Part shown: in pieces, positions 50,641-62,565 of the stretch
Layout of the letters: each line of letters opens with the position of its first letter
How positions within the stretch are numbered: position 1 is the stretch's first letter
Translations under genes and position numbers: made by a program
Assembly (NCBI GenBank): GCA_002269645.1
Contig: NIVC01002859.1
Coordinates: forward strand, 62,001-126,000
Length of the DNA stretch: 64,000 nucleotides
Source: Macrostomum lignano
Lineage: Eukaryota
Direction: 5' to 3'
The notes under the pieces: model-generated
What the model was told of the DNA's origin: nothing
The model's database searches: none
Seen by the model: only the letters and a program-made list of their open reading frames with translations

Positions 50641-51644
50641 GGGGGGTGTTGCATAGAATCGATAAGTCGAAGTTTACAAGTGACAAGTTGACAAGTTACA
50701 AGTAAACCGTGAAGTCCGTTGCATAGACGCTTTACAAACAAGCATTTGACAATTGACAAGTTACAAGTTACAAGTCCCGTTACGAGTGGTTCGTTGCATA
50801 GAATGTATAAGTTGACAAGTTTTTCTGCTATTCGCGAGTGACAAGTTGCGTAGTAAACTCTGACCCCTCAAGCTTACTTAAAACTTACAAGCTGTCAAAG
50901 TCGTTGGCCCAAGTTTGACTGACTCAGCGTTATGTTCTATGACGAGTTGTCCGATGAGGATTCCGACGCATCTGCGCCCGGCAAAAAGCGACCGCGTACA
51001 TTCAAGGACGGGATCAACTTTGACCTCGATGTGGCCTATGGTGATCATCAATCTAGGTTTCGACTTCGCGAGGAACACATTGACGAGCTTTGCACCCTAA
51101 TTGGAGCTGACCTCGAACATTCAACGGGTTTTAACTTCGCCCTGACCCCGTTGCAGCAGATCCGAGTTGCGCTCCGTTATCTCGCCACAGGGGCGAATTT
51201 CTCTGCGATTGGCGACGCTCATGGTGTGCACAAGTCAACTGTGAGTAAGGCTCTGCATCGTTTTGTCTCTTTTCCAAACCTGGTGAAGTTGCCGGAAGAT
51301 CAAGCCCAGATGCTGCAGTTGACACACGAGTTCCGAGACAGATGCCATGTGTTGTCGGCTGCATTGACGGCACGCACGTCAGGATACGCAAGCCACACGA
51401 GAACCCGGACCAGTTCATCAACCGTCACGGCTACGCGTCGATCAACGCCATGCTTACTTGCGAATGCGATGCTCGCTACCGTTTTCTGTACGTGTCGGCC
51501 AAATGTCCGGGTGCCGTCAACGACGCCCGGGTGTTTCGTATGAGCTCACTTCAAGATCTGCTTGCCGCGGGTTGGCGCCCGTTCCCCAACGGATATCTCC
51601 TCGGTGAGAGCGGCTACCCGAATAGAAACTATATACTGTTGTGA
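50641..51644 (+). mobile_element. PIF/Harbinger element, 5' end plus frameshifted, truncated transposase
   Basis: ALRYLATGANFSAIGDAHGVHKSTVS; after a frameshift VVGCIDGTHVRI...PGAVNDARVF...LLGESGYP, then a stop. GTTGCATAGA subterminal motif x3 at 50648-50801. Confidence 0.85.
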
Positions 51645-52989
51645 GCCCCGTCCTCCGGAGCAACGCCTACAGCTTTAACCTGTCGGGAAGCTGCGACCCC
51701 CAGGTTCCCAGTCAGAGCTCCCGTCCCGCGCCCTAGGGAGAAGCAGAAAAAGGACAGTAACTCGCGAACACGAACTTACACACCGTAGCCGATGCAGTTC
51801 ACCGTGCACTTTTTATGGTAGATCGATGAGTCGTTTTAGTCAATAGCCAACGGAGGCGGACCAACGCGCGCAAGGGAGGAGTCTGCCCTCCAGACAGCGA
51901 CTATATATTTTTCATTGGTCCTACGCGTACATGAATATAACTTAAGAACAAATGTACGGTACAGCAGGGGAGGTGGGGCGGGGTGGCGTGATCGGCGTAC
52001 GCATTGATTATTGATTGGAGGGGTGGGGCAGACTGGAGGGTTGGGGCGGGGCAGGAGGGCGAGAAAGGGCACGATTGCACAACATCCTCCCCTCCTTAAA
52101 AAAGGCGAGTCACAAGAACAAAGACTGAATGGAGACAAAGACAGGATTCGATGAGTTGGACAGATACGACGGCGCAATGAGGATAAACGCGAATAATTTA
52201 TAGCACGACAACGAGATTTATGACGGACAGTCTTAGCGTTAGCAACATTCGAATAATGAAAACACGAGTGACGCATATGAAAAATGTACGAGTGTTGAGG
52301 AAACGCATTTTGGACGATAAATGTTAGAGAAATAAACGCGAAAAATAAAAAAGCAAGAACTTCAGGGTGACAACCGCAACGAAACGAATAAATTGCACCA
52401 CTGTCTACCGATGTTACTTTAACGTTGAAAACTTTCTTGCGACGTAAACGTAAAACAACAGTTTAATAATGTCAAATTGTCAATTGAAAAAAAAACTTGA
52501 ACCAAAAGGCATGATGAAAAATACACTAAAATGAAGTAAATCAGGCCGAATGGGCTGCGCCGGACTCCTGCTCGACTCCAACACGACGGACACCCGACGA
52601 TTCGCGAGCCGACTCGACGATTGGTACTCTGGCACCCGAAGTCGCTTGCTGACGCCGAAAACCGGTGATGTCGCTAGGCCTTGGTCATCGCTGTCTGCCA
52701 CCGTGGCTGCTGAACCTCCTTCGTCGGGCTGCACATGCCTCGCCAGCAGAAGTCCTTGTACCGCGACTCTCGGTCGTACTGGAGATGTCCTGAGCGTTGT
52801 CACTGGCGCCGCTGATGCCTGCTGGAGCTTGCCTGACACCACCGCGATCCCGTCGACTTGTGCCATCCAGCCTCCGGCCGACTTGCTGACGCCGCATCCG
52901 CACTCTTGCGGCTCTTCGCTCACAACAACAACAGCACGTTGCCCCTTCCGTTTTCTGCGCCTTTGCTTCGGCGGTCATGCAGTCGTGCA

Positions 52990-53250
52990 GCACAGCCTGC
53001 AACAGTGCGAGCAGCCGCTCATTGACGCTCTTGCTGAGGCTCAAGCGGGACTCAAGCTCCTTGTCAATGAAGTAAACCTGCCAGCCGTGAGGCAGATCCC
53101 TGGCGATTTTCCTTCAGCGATGTGAGGTGCAGAACGGAACAGAACGGCTCCCCCTTCCAGAGCAAGGCGTGGCAGTGCTGGCATGGCTTGCTCATGCGGC
53201 CGAGCTGATGAGCCTGGGGTTCCGGCATGGCTGAGGCATCGGCTCTCTGG
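52990..53250 (-). mobile_element. Helitron Rep/helicase N-terminal fragment
   Basis: HQLGRMSKPCQHCHALLWKGEP, with frameshifted GIC..GR and ERLLALLQ segments, resembling the Helitron N-terminal Zn-finger region. Confidence 0.5.
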
Positions 53251-53349
53251 AGGACGGATAAACTCTTTGTTTGATACCAGAATAGACAAAATAAATTAAC
53301 GATAGGGTTTGAAATGATGTACAGTTCGGCATACCCAGCATCATCATCG

Positions 53350-53583
53350 GAAAACTTAGCAGCTGGGGTGGCAGGCAATGGACCGATACGCCGAGGAAAT
53401 ATCAACTTTGGCCATGAAGTGACCTGGCCGAAGAAGACGCACGAAATCCTCGACAGACGCAAAACGCAGCTTGCGGTCGGCGGTGAAACAGTCGTTGAGA
53501 GACGCATTATGCGGGACGGAGCAGTCGTGAATGAGTCTGACGCCACCAGAAGATTTGCGAATAGCCCCAAGCGGGCTCACCAA
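53350..53583 (-). mobile_element. Tyrosine-recombinase retrotransposon (Ngaro/DIRS) reverse transcriptase fragment
   Basis: VSPLGAIRKSSGGVRLIHDCSVPHNASLND...FMAKVDISSAYRSI. Confidence 0.8.
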
Positions 53584-53656
53584 GGTTTAAGAGAGCTGAG
53601 TAGAAAGACAGCAGATTTGATTGCTTGCATCTTTCATTTACGCAAACAAAATCGAA

Positions 53657-54558
53657 ATGGCTGACGCAGAGCCAACTACAATGGCAGAAGTTCTGCCTCC
53701 TCTATTTAACTACGGAGCTATGCCGAATGGTGAGATTTCAGGAGTAACATCCGGCGAGTTCGACTTGATTTGCACGTCATTCGATCATGCCCAAGGTCAT
53801 TAGACAGTCGAGATGCAGCGAACCGCTATAGATTCTCCGAGAAAAGCTGCTAGAGGCTTTCGCCATCTTCTTGAGTTTATGAAGAGCGTCAGTGAGAAAG
53901 CAGGCGGCCTTACTAAGGTGTACACCGACCGCTGCATATGGTAGGTAGTTTGACCTGTCCACCATATTCATGTGTCTCTGTGAACACATTTGAATCTAGA
54001 CAAATCAGTTGCCAACTTTTCTTAAACTGCAGAGTAACTAGAGCGTGCCACCTGGATGCCTGTGGCCAGACTATCCAGGAGATCTTGCTCATCACTGGGC
54101 GAAAGTGTGAGCGAACTGTTAAGCGCTACTTATCGAGGCGACGTGATCGCAGTTTGTATAGGGCATCTCTGGCTGTGGATCAGGCGCTGAATCATACAGT
54201 TTCCGAAACTAATGTCAATAAGATCGTTAAGCTAGCTCGTCCAAAATCCAATCACAATAAGCGAGGCTACGATGGAGGAATGTGCGGATGTTTATCAAGA
54301 GCCTATCCAGACCGACGGCGCACTACGTGTGCAGGCTGCTCCGTCAAAGAAGATGAAAGTGACCATTGGCGGCAGTCGCAATCTGATCGATATTCTTTTT
54401 GAGTGACGTTTCTGTGTAGGCCTGGTATTAACTGATTAACATACGATTTCTTTGTTGAACAGTTTTTGATGTTTTTCTAACATAAAAAAATAAAATTTAC
54501 CCTTTGTTATTGTTTAAATTGCGTTGCGTGTTAATGTCCAAAATGACATTAACACGCA
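53657..54558 (+). mobile_element. Crypton-like tyrosine recombinase relic with an intron and a downstream inverted repeat
   Basis: Splicing 53941-54032 joins FMKSVSEKAGGLTKVYTDRCI* to VTRACHLDACG..QEILLITGRKCERTVKRY (Crypton YTNHxxR...TGHK...Y). 14-bp perfect IR at 54525-54558. Confidence 0.65.
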
Positions 54559-54620
54559 TCCCACGCGCGTGTTATTGTCACCAAAAGTGCATAGCAATGG
54601 TCTATGGCCGATCTTACAGT

Positions 54621-55560
54621 TGTATCTAAGTGAGAATATAGCTCGATCGGTATTAAAAATACCTATAAAAATACTTTTATAGGTACTAAGTATAAATAAA
54701 GTGTTAATCTCCGACTTCTTCGATACGTAACACTGGCGACGATTCCGATAGAACCCCTAGAAACAGATGGAGTGACCCGATGGCTCCAACGCTTCGATGC
54801 TACCGTGAAAGTAAAAAAATGGGCGGAGGATTTGCTAAAGTACGCGTTTGGTTTCCTTTTTGGTTTGGTTTGGCGGAACGTTTCGTGCGGACAATTAAGG
54901 AGGCCATCAAAGCAAACGGACTCAGTCAAGCAGTTATCGATCGCTACCTGTTGTTCTATCGAGCATCTGGTGGGAAGAGCAGAGCATCACCCGCAGAACT
55001 GCTGTTCGGCAGAAAGATCCGAGCACCACTGCTCTCCAATAGGCCAACCTGGGTACCCGGCGAGCATCTAATCTACAAAACCGACCGACGGGCTCAAGAA
55101 GCTTCACTAGTTTGCCCAACGGGTTCAAACATGGCCACTATCAAGGTGGGGCCCGATCTGTACAAGAAGGCCCACCTGGATCAACTCCAGAGGCATAGTC
55201 CCATGCAAGTCGATAGTGAAGCAGCAGAGATCAACACCGAGGCTGACGCAGACCAAGCCGCCGGGGCGCGAGCGTCGGACAGCAGTCAGAACGTCAGCAG
55301 AAGCTCCTGTGTCATTTCTGAAGACTTACAGCCGCTACCACCACCCCCCGAGGACTGCGGAACACAGCCCTCACAGCAGCATCAACAGCTGCTGACGCCT
55401 GGTCGGCTGGAACTGACGCCTGAGGAGTTGGGCCCCAGGAGAAGTCGCCGTCTGTGTGGGAAGTCCCGCGTCAACTACAAGGTTAGAATGTGCAAGTTCA
55501 TTTTGTAAAAGAAGGGAGGTGTTGCATACTAGCCTTAAGTATAGAGGCAGAGTTTTATTT
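54621..55560 (+). mobile_element. Internally deleted Ty3/Gypsy element (LTR end, PBS, gag start fused to integrase end, PPT)
   Basis: AACA|C|TGGCGACGA at 54729-54742; WLQRFD gag start; GLAERFVRTIK...SPAELLFGRKIR integrase; AAAAGAAGGGAGG|TG at 55507-55521. Confidence 0.8.
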
Positions 55561-55599
55561 ATTATTATTGCTACGTACGAATAGCCATGTCGAGCCATA

Positions 55600-56397
55600 G
55601 ACTCTAATGAAAAGCTATGGCTACAGGTCGTGAAGCAATCCAAGTCGATGAGCTTGGGGATAATAAAACGAGAAAGATCAGAGCTGATCATATTTAAGAC
55701 GAGCCAGACTCGCATACCATCGCTACAATCATCGTGTGTGGCTTCTTCAAGACATAACACTGCGAGATATGCTCTTGCAACCACAGAGTCATTCCTTTGC
55801 CCGACATGGTGATATCCTCGCTCTGAAGCTGGTTGACAGGCGAAGCTCAGGAACAAAGACTGTCTATCTGTTGGACTCCTCTTCAACAGCTGCCAGCTCT
55901 TTAGTTAGCCGGGTACTACGCGGTGGTGTGGAGCAGCAGCTGCTGAAGCCCAACTCGGTGTTGCAATATAATCAGAACATGGGAGGTGTGGATCAGATGC
56001 AGCCGAGCCTTACATCCGCATGTCGCCGAACACATAAATGGTTCGTAAAGCTGGCGGTGTTTCTGCTACAGCAACTGTTTCGCAACTCATGGATTGTGTA
56101 CCGACATCTAGGTGGATCCATGAGCTTTCTCAACTACACTGAAAGGTGTGTAAAGCACTTGATTGAAAGCAGTGGGAATGGTCGATCCAGAGTTAAGCGT
56201 CAGGCTCTTCAAGCGACATCCATCACCGGCTGGAAAAGCTACCCGCTACCGCGGCACAAGAACGGCCTACCAAGCGTTGCCGAGTTTGTTACCAGCGCAG
56301 ACTGAAAAAGCGGACCGTCTACTTCAGCCAAGGCTGTGACGGTCAGCCTGGGCTTTGCCTGGAGCCGTGTTTCTTTGAGTGGCACTCGACTAACTGA
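55600..56397 (+). mobile_element. piggyBac transposase C-terminal fragment (frameshifted)
   Basis: KPNSVLQYNQNMGGVDQ...RRTHKWFVKL...NSWIVY, plus the Cys-rich tail RCRVCY...RTVY...CDGQPGLCLEPCFFEWH*. Confidence 0.85.
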
Positions 56398-56689
56398 TTG
56401 CTGGCGTTTTGCTGAAACTGTAATCGAACTGCTGCTAACATTCTTTTTATTCACTTACATGCAGCTTCATTTGCCCATGAAGGCAACAGAGAGTGCTCGA
56501 AGCGATGCAGGCAAAATAACTCAGTACTGTGGATATTGTTGACCTGACAAGCCAAATCGGACAAGTAAAGGACTTCGTTGCAGGTCAGGCTTCAGTCGTA
56601 AAGTCCGCAGGCAGCCTGTCTACGACCACTTCAAGCGGTGCTTGCGAGTCGCATGCTGAAATCCACCACGGTGACCACAAGCACCAAAG

Positions 56690-56860
56690 CTCGCATCACT
56701 ATTGTCGCTACTGTGGAAAGACCCACGCCGCTGGAAAATGCTCGGCCTTCCGACAGCGGTGCTGCAAATCTAGCAAGCTCGACCATTTCGCTTTCGTATG
56801 TCGTTCCACCCGATCAAAGCCCGTGCACAATGTGGAAGGGACATGGTCCGACACCACTGA
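56690..56860 (+). mobile_element. Gypsy gag zinc-knuckle fragment
   Basis: CRYCGKTH..GKCSAFRQRCCKSSKLDHFAFVCRS..VHNVE. Confidence 0.7.
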
Positions 56861-56934
56861 GAGACCAAGCAACGACAAGAGCACCGATATTCTACATCGA
56901 TGTGGATAACGTGCTGCAAGTACCTGGTAGTCCA

Positions 56935-57850
56935 AGAGACTTTTTGGCTCACTATCGGTGTCGTGAGACGCTAGCTGTCCGGATTGCAGCATGGCATACA
57001 TGATTTTAGCATTGGCAGAAATCCATTGGCCGACTGTCACAGAGTCTACAGATTTTGGTCTACCGCTCTTGAGATTCTGCTTAGCTGTCTCACCCTGCGC
57101 AAGAAGCTCGTCAACCTGGCCAGGGGCATCAATGAAGTCGCAAATACGGAGCAGCCGCCCGGATGTAACTCTAGCGTTGCTGGGAGCAAAAATAGCAGCA
57201 TCAAGTTCACCATCATTGGACCACCTATCAGACTCAGCGCAAGCAGACTGGCTCAAAAATTCTGGTAGCTTACCGCGATTATCTGGTGCCTTATCCACCG
57301 ACCGTCGCAGCTCCGCCTCTTCTTTCTGCAGCCTTAGCAGTTCAATGCGCCGTCGGGTGAGCTCGATCTCCTCATCCAGAGCCGCGCCACCCAAAGAGGT
57401 GCCACCCCCCTTGGACCGCCGGCTGCTCCCTCCATCGGACGAGCCGTCAGAATCCCTCGGTGGCTCCCTGTGGGAAGTCCTGTTCGCGGCGTCAGCAGCT
57501 AGACGCTCGTTGAGAATCGCGTCGCACAGACGAGTACGTAGGGCAGCCTTGCTACCTTTTGCTGGCAATTTGCGCGCTTGCAATGCCGTCTTTAGTTGAG
57601 GCACGCTCAGATCGGTGACTGATTGCAGCTGACTAGAGGTGGCCATATTGATTGTGGCTAAGAAAAAAAATCTGAGCAAACACGAACGCACGGCGAACAA
57701 GCGGAGGACCGGACTAAATATGAAATCAAGCTAGCACCCCGCGACCCCCGCCCCCCGCAGCACACGCCACCCCGCATGCACCCGCCCCAGCCAAGCGAGC
57801 CCCTCCCCCGCAGTTTAAACGCCCTTACCACCAACACAGTGGCAAGGGTA
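56935..57850 (-). mobile_element. SAP-domain gag-like ORF and GC-rich leader, probably Ngaro/DIRS-type
   Basis: ATG at 57646. LSVPQLKTALQARKLPAKGSKAALRTRL is a SAP motif; VGQWISANAKIM...DY recalls YR-retrotransposon gag; truncated near 56935. Confidence 0.55.
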
Positions 57851-57853
57851 ACA

Positions 57854-59168
57854 TTACATTGCATTGCTGATTTGGTCTCGAAGTTGATGGCCTCTCCTTT
57901 GTCTTTGCTGTTCCCGTTGATTGGCGTTGTAATTAACTAGTTCTGGCTCCGGATCATCCCATTCTGCTGCGAGATGCTCAGGAAGATCATCATGAGGATC
58001 GTTCTGGGTGCGAGCGAAATTGTGTAGCTTACAACAGGTCACAATTAATGTTGGTACACGGTCTAGTGGTACGCGTAGGATGCAACCAACGCAGTTGAAA
58101 CGGCGCTTTAAAATTCCGAATATCTGCTCGATTCGAACTCTCGTTCGGCTGAGTTCGCGATTGAATATTCTCTGCCGGCCATCTGGGTTTTGATATGGAG
58201 TGAGTAGAAAATCGCAGAGTCGGTATCAAGAATCTCCGACAAGATAGCCCTCCCATTGGGCGTCTAGAAGCGATCCAAAAAGAAAACTGTTGCGAAATAT
58301 TCTCGAGTCATGGACTGAACCAGGCCATTGAGCAGTTATTTCGAGAAAGAAGTATCTCGCATCGCAGACTGCTTGGACTTTAATAGAGTGGTAGTTTTTA
58401 CGATTAATGAATTCATCTGGAAAGTTCTCATTAGATGGCCTTTGAATTCGTACATGCGTACAGTCGATAGCACCGATTACATCTGCCAGTTGACCAATTT
58501 GATTAAACCCCGTTGACACTCGCTTCCGCTCAACACCTGGCTCTGGATAGCGGATGTTATTCAAGCGGAGATTCAGTATCCTGACCACTCTCCAGTAGCA
58601 GCGGGACATGGTGCTTTGGTCGATACCTCCAAGAGCAAACAGGTTCTGCTGAAAGCTTCCAGTGCCGAGATAAGATAGTGTCAGGCACAGCTGTAGCATG
58701 GGAGTCAGGCTTCTGTTACGCATTGTCGTCCGTTCGAGATCTGTCTCGACAAGCTCCACAAGTGATAGAAGTGATCTAGGTTCGAACCGAAACAGTCTTT
58801 TAATTTCAACCTCCGAGAATTGCTGAAGTGGCTCCAACCGATCACGAAATATGCGTTGTCGATGGAGGTCTCGCTGAACTAAATCTATCGCAACCAAAAT
58901 ATTCATTTCTTTCAATCGTCTAAGGGCGAAGGCAATGCAAAATTAGCTATCAAGACAGCTCTAGAGCAGGCTAGGTTTTGTCTAGTCCAGACTAACTAGT
59001 CAAAGCTTTTATGCATACCAAAGTAAGACTAAACTACCATAGACAGAACTAGGGTTGTTTTGTCTATGCTAGACCGGTCTAAATTTGTGTTTCTGCATAC
59101 CAAATCCGAGTCCAGACTAGCTTTTCAAGACCGGACTACCCTAGACAGAGCTTTCTGCATACGGCTCA
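57854..59168 (-). mobile_element. PIF/Harbinger element with full-length transposase (one in-frame TGA) and one terminus
   Basis: 58915-57854 is 354 codons in one frame with IDCTH, GDS*Y and RVRIEQIFG. Terminus GCTTTCTGCATACGGCTCA|TTA at 59168; TTT(C/A)TGCATAC x3. Confidence 0.9.
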
Positions 59169-59287
59169 TTAACATGCACTGTAGTTTTTTGATCCCATAA
59201 AGAGGGAGACAGAAGGTTTAAGAGAGCTGAGTAGAAAGACAGCAGATTTGATTGCTTGCATCTTTCATTTACGCAAACAAAATCGAA

Positions 59288-60189
59288 ATGGCTGACGCAG
59301 AGCCAACTACAATGGCAGAAGTTCTGCCTCCTCTATTTAACTACGGAGCTATGCCGAATGGTGAGATTTCAGGAGTAACATCCGGCGAGTTCGACTTGAT
59401 TTGCACGTCATTCGATCATGCCCAAGGTCATTAGACAGTCGAGATGCAGCGAACCGCTATAGATTCTCCGAGAAAAGCTGCTAGAGGCTTTCGCCATCTT
59501 CTTGAGTTTATGAAGAGCGTCAGTGAGAAAGCAGGCGGCCTTACTAAGGTGTACACCGACCGCTGCATATGGTAGGTAGTTTGACCTGTCCACCATATTC
59601 ATGTGTCTCTGTGAACACATTTGAATCTAGACAAATCAGTTGCCAACTTTTCTTAAACTGCAGAGTAACTAGAGCGTGCCACCTGGATGCCTGTGGCCAG
59701 ACTATCCAGGAGATCTTGCTCATCACTGGGCGAAAGTGTGAGCGAACTGTTAAGCGCTACTTATCGAGGCGACGTGATCGCAGTTTGTATAGGGCATCTC
59801 TGGCTGTGGATCAGGCGCTGAATCATACAGTTTCCGAAACTAATGTCAATAAGATCGTTAAGCTAGCTCGTCCAAAATCCAATCACAATAAGCGAGGCTA
59901 CGATGGAGGAATGTGCGGATGTTTATCAAGAGCCTATCCAGACCGACGGCGCACTACGTGTGCAGGCTGCTCCGTCAAAGAAGATGAAAGTGACCATTGG
60001 CGGCAGTCGCAATCTGATCGATATTCTTTTTGAGTGACGTTTCTGTGTAGGCCTGGTATTAACTGATTAACATACGATTTCTTTGTTGAACAGTTTTTGA
60101 TGTTTTTCTAACATAAAAAAATAAAATTTACCCTTTGTTATTGTTTAAATTGCGTTGCGTGTTAATGTCCAAAATGACATTAACACGCA
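59288..60189 (+). mobile_element. Crypton-like relic, copy 2
   Basis: Identical to 53657-54558. Confidence 0.65.
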
Positions 60190-60251
60190 TCCCACGCGCG
60201 TGTTATTGTCACCAAAAGTGCATAGCAATGGTCTATGGCCGATCTTACAGT

Positions 60252-61191
60252 TGTATCTAAGTGAGAATATAGCTCGATCGGTATTAAAAATACCTATAAA
60301 AATACTTTTATAGGTACTAAGTATAAATAAAGTGTTAATCTCCGACTTCTTCGATACGTAACACTGGCGACGATTCCGATAGAACCCCTAGAAACAGATG
60401 GAGTGACCCGATGGCTCCAACGCTTCGATGCTACCGTGAAAGTAAAAAAATGGGCGGAGGATTTGCTAAAGTACGCGTTTGGTTTCCTTTTTGGTTTGGT
60501 TTGGCGGAACGTTTCGTGCGGACAATTAAGGAGGCCATCAAAGCAAACGGACTCAGTCAAGCAGTTATCGATCGCTACCTGTTGTTCTATCGAGCATCTG
60601 GTGGGAAGAGCAGAGCATCACCCGCAGAACTGCTGTTCGGCAGAAAGATCCGAGCACCACTGCTCTCCAATAGGCCAACCTGGGTACCCGGCGAGCATCT
60701 AATCTACAAAACCGACCGACGGGCTCAAGAAGCTTCACTAGTTTGCCCAACGGGTTCAAACATGGCCACTATCAAGGTGGGGCCCGATCTGTACAAGAAG
60801 GCCCACCTGGATCAACTCCAGAGGCATAGTCCCATGCAAGTCGATAGTGAAGCAGCAGAGATCAACACCGAGGCTGACGCAGACCAAGCCGCCGGGGCGC
60901 GAGCGTCGGACAGCAGTCAGAACGTCAGCAGAAGCTCCTGTGTCATTTCTGAAGACTTACAGCCGCTACCACCACCCCCCGAGGACTGCGGAACACAGCC
61001 CTCACAGCAGCATCAACAGCTGCTGACGCCTGGTCGGCTGGAACTGACGCCTGAGGAGTTGGGCCCCAGGAGAAGTCGCCGTCTGTGTGGGAAGTCCCGC
61101 GTCAACTACAAGGTTAGAATGTGCAAGTTCATTTTGTAAAAGAAGGGAGGTGTTGCATACTAGCCTTAAGTATAGAGGCAGAGTTTTATTT
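60252..61191 (+). mobile_element. Deleted Gypsy element, copy 2
   Basis: Identical to 54621-55560. Confidence 0.8.
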
Positions 61192-61230
61192 ATTATTATT
61201 GCTACGTACGAATAGCCATGTCGAGCCATA

Positions 61231-62028
61231 GACTCTAATGAAAAGCTATGGCTACAGGTCGTGAAGCAATCCAAGTCGATGAGCTTGGGGATAATAAAAC
61301 GAGAAAGATCAGAGCTGATCATATTTAAGACGAGCCAGACTCGCATACCATCGCTACAATCATCGTGTGTGGCTTCTTCAAGACATAACACTGCGAGATA
61401 TGCTCTTGCAACCACAGAGTCATTCCTTTGCCCGACATGGTGATATCCTCGCTCTGAAGCTGGTTGACAGGCGAAGCTCAGGAACAAAGACTGTCTATCT
61501 GTTGGACTCCTCTTCAACAGCTGCCAGCTCTTTAGTTAGCCGGGTACTACGCGGTGGTGTGGAGCAGCAGCTGCTGAAGCCCAACTCGGTGTTGCAATAT
61601 AATCAGAACATGGGAGGTGTGGATCAGATGCAGCCGAGCCTTACATCCGCATGTCGCCGAACACATAAATGGTTCGTAAAGCTGGCGGTGTTTCTGCTAC
61701 AGCAACTGTTTCGCAACTCATGGATTGTGTACCGACATCTAGGTGGATCCATGAGCTTTCTCAACTACACTGAAAGGTGTGTAAAGCACTTGATTGAAAG
61801 CAGTGGGAATGGTCGATCCAGAGTTAAGCGTCAGGCTCTTCAAGCGACATCCATCACCGGCTGGAAAAGCTACCCGCTACCGCGGCACAAGAACGGCCTA
61901 CCAAGCGTTGCCGAGTTTGTTACCAGCGCAGACTGAAAAAGCGGACCGTCTACTTCAGCCAAGGCTGTGACGGTCAGCCTGGGCTTTGCCTGGAGCCGTG
62001 TTTCTTTGAGTGGCACTCGACTAACTGA
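61231..62028 (+). mobile_element. piggyBac fragment, copy 2
   Basis: Identical to 55600-56397. Confidence 0.85.
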
Positions 62029-62320
62029 TTGCTGGCGTTTTGCTGAAACTGTAATCGAACTGCTGCTAACATTCTTTTTATTCACTTACATGCAGCTTCA
62101 TTTGCCCATGAAGGCAACAGAGAGTGCTCGAAGCGATGCAGGCAAAATAACTCAGTACTGTGGATATTGTTGACCTGACAAGCCAAATCGGACAAGTAAA
62201 GGACTTCGTTGCAGGTCAGGCTTCAGTCGTAAAGTCCGCAGGCAGCCTGTCTACGACCACTTCAAGCGGTGCTTGCGAGTCGCATGCTGAAATCCACCAC
62301 GGTGACCACAAGCACCAAAG

Positions 62321-62491
62321 CTCGCATCACTATTGTCGCTACTGTGGAAAGACCCACGCCGCTGGAAAATGCTCGGCCTTCCGACAGCGGTGCTGCAAAT
62401 CTAGCAAGCTCGACCATTTCGCTTTCGTATGTCGTTCCACCCGATCAAAGCCCGTGCACAATGTGGAAGGGACATGGTCCGACACCACTGA
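62321..62491 (+). mobile_element. Gypsy gag zinc-knuckle fragment, copy 2
   Basis: Identical to 56690-56860. Confidence 0.7.
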
Positions 62492-62565
62492 GAGACCAAG
62501 CAACGACAAGAGCACCGATATTCTACATCGATGTGGATAACGTGCTGCAAGTACCTGGTAGTCCA

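Larger units (their letters stand above)
53582..59212. repeat. 5631-bp tandem duplication unit, copy 1
   Basis: Sequence from AAGGTTTAAGAGAG at 53582 recurs at 59213; ORF pairs offset by 5631, then by 5630. Confidence 0.97.

Noticed and set aside
51637-52247. Solo LTR (TG...CA) truncating the first Harbinger
   Set aside because: No target-site duplication, PBS or PPT at the candidate ends; left unannotated
52480-52923. Myb/SANT partner gene of the Harbinger elements
   Set aside because: No Trp-spaced Myb/SANT motif recognisable in any frame; left unassigned
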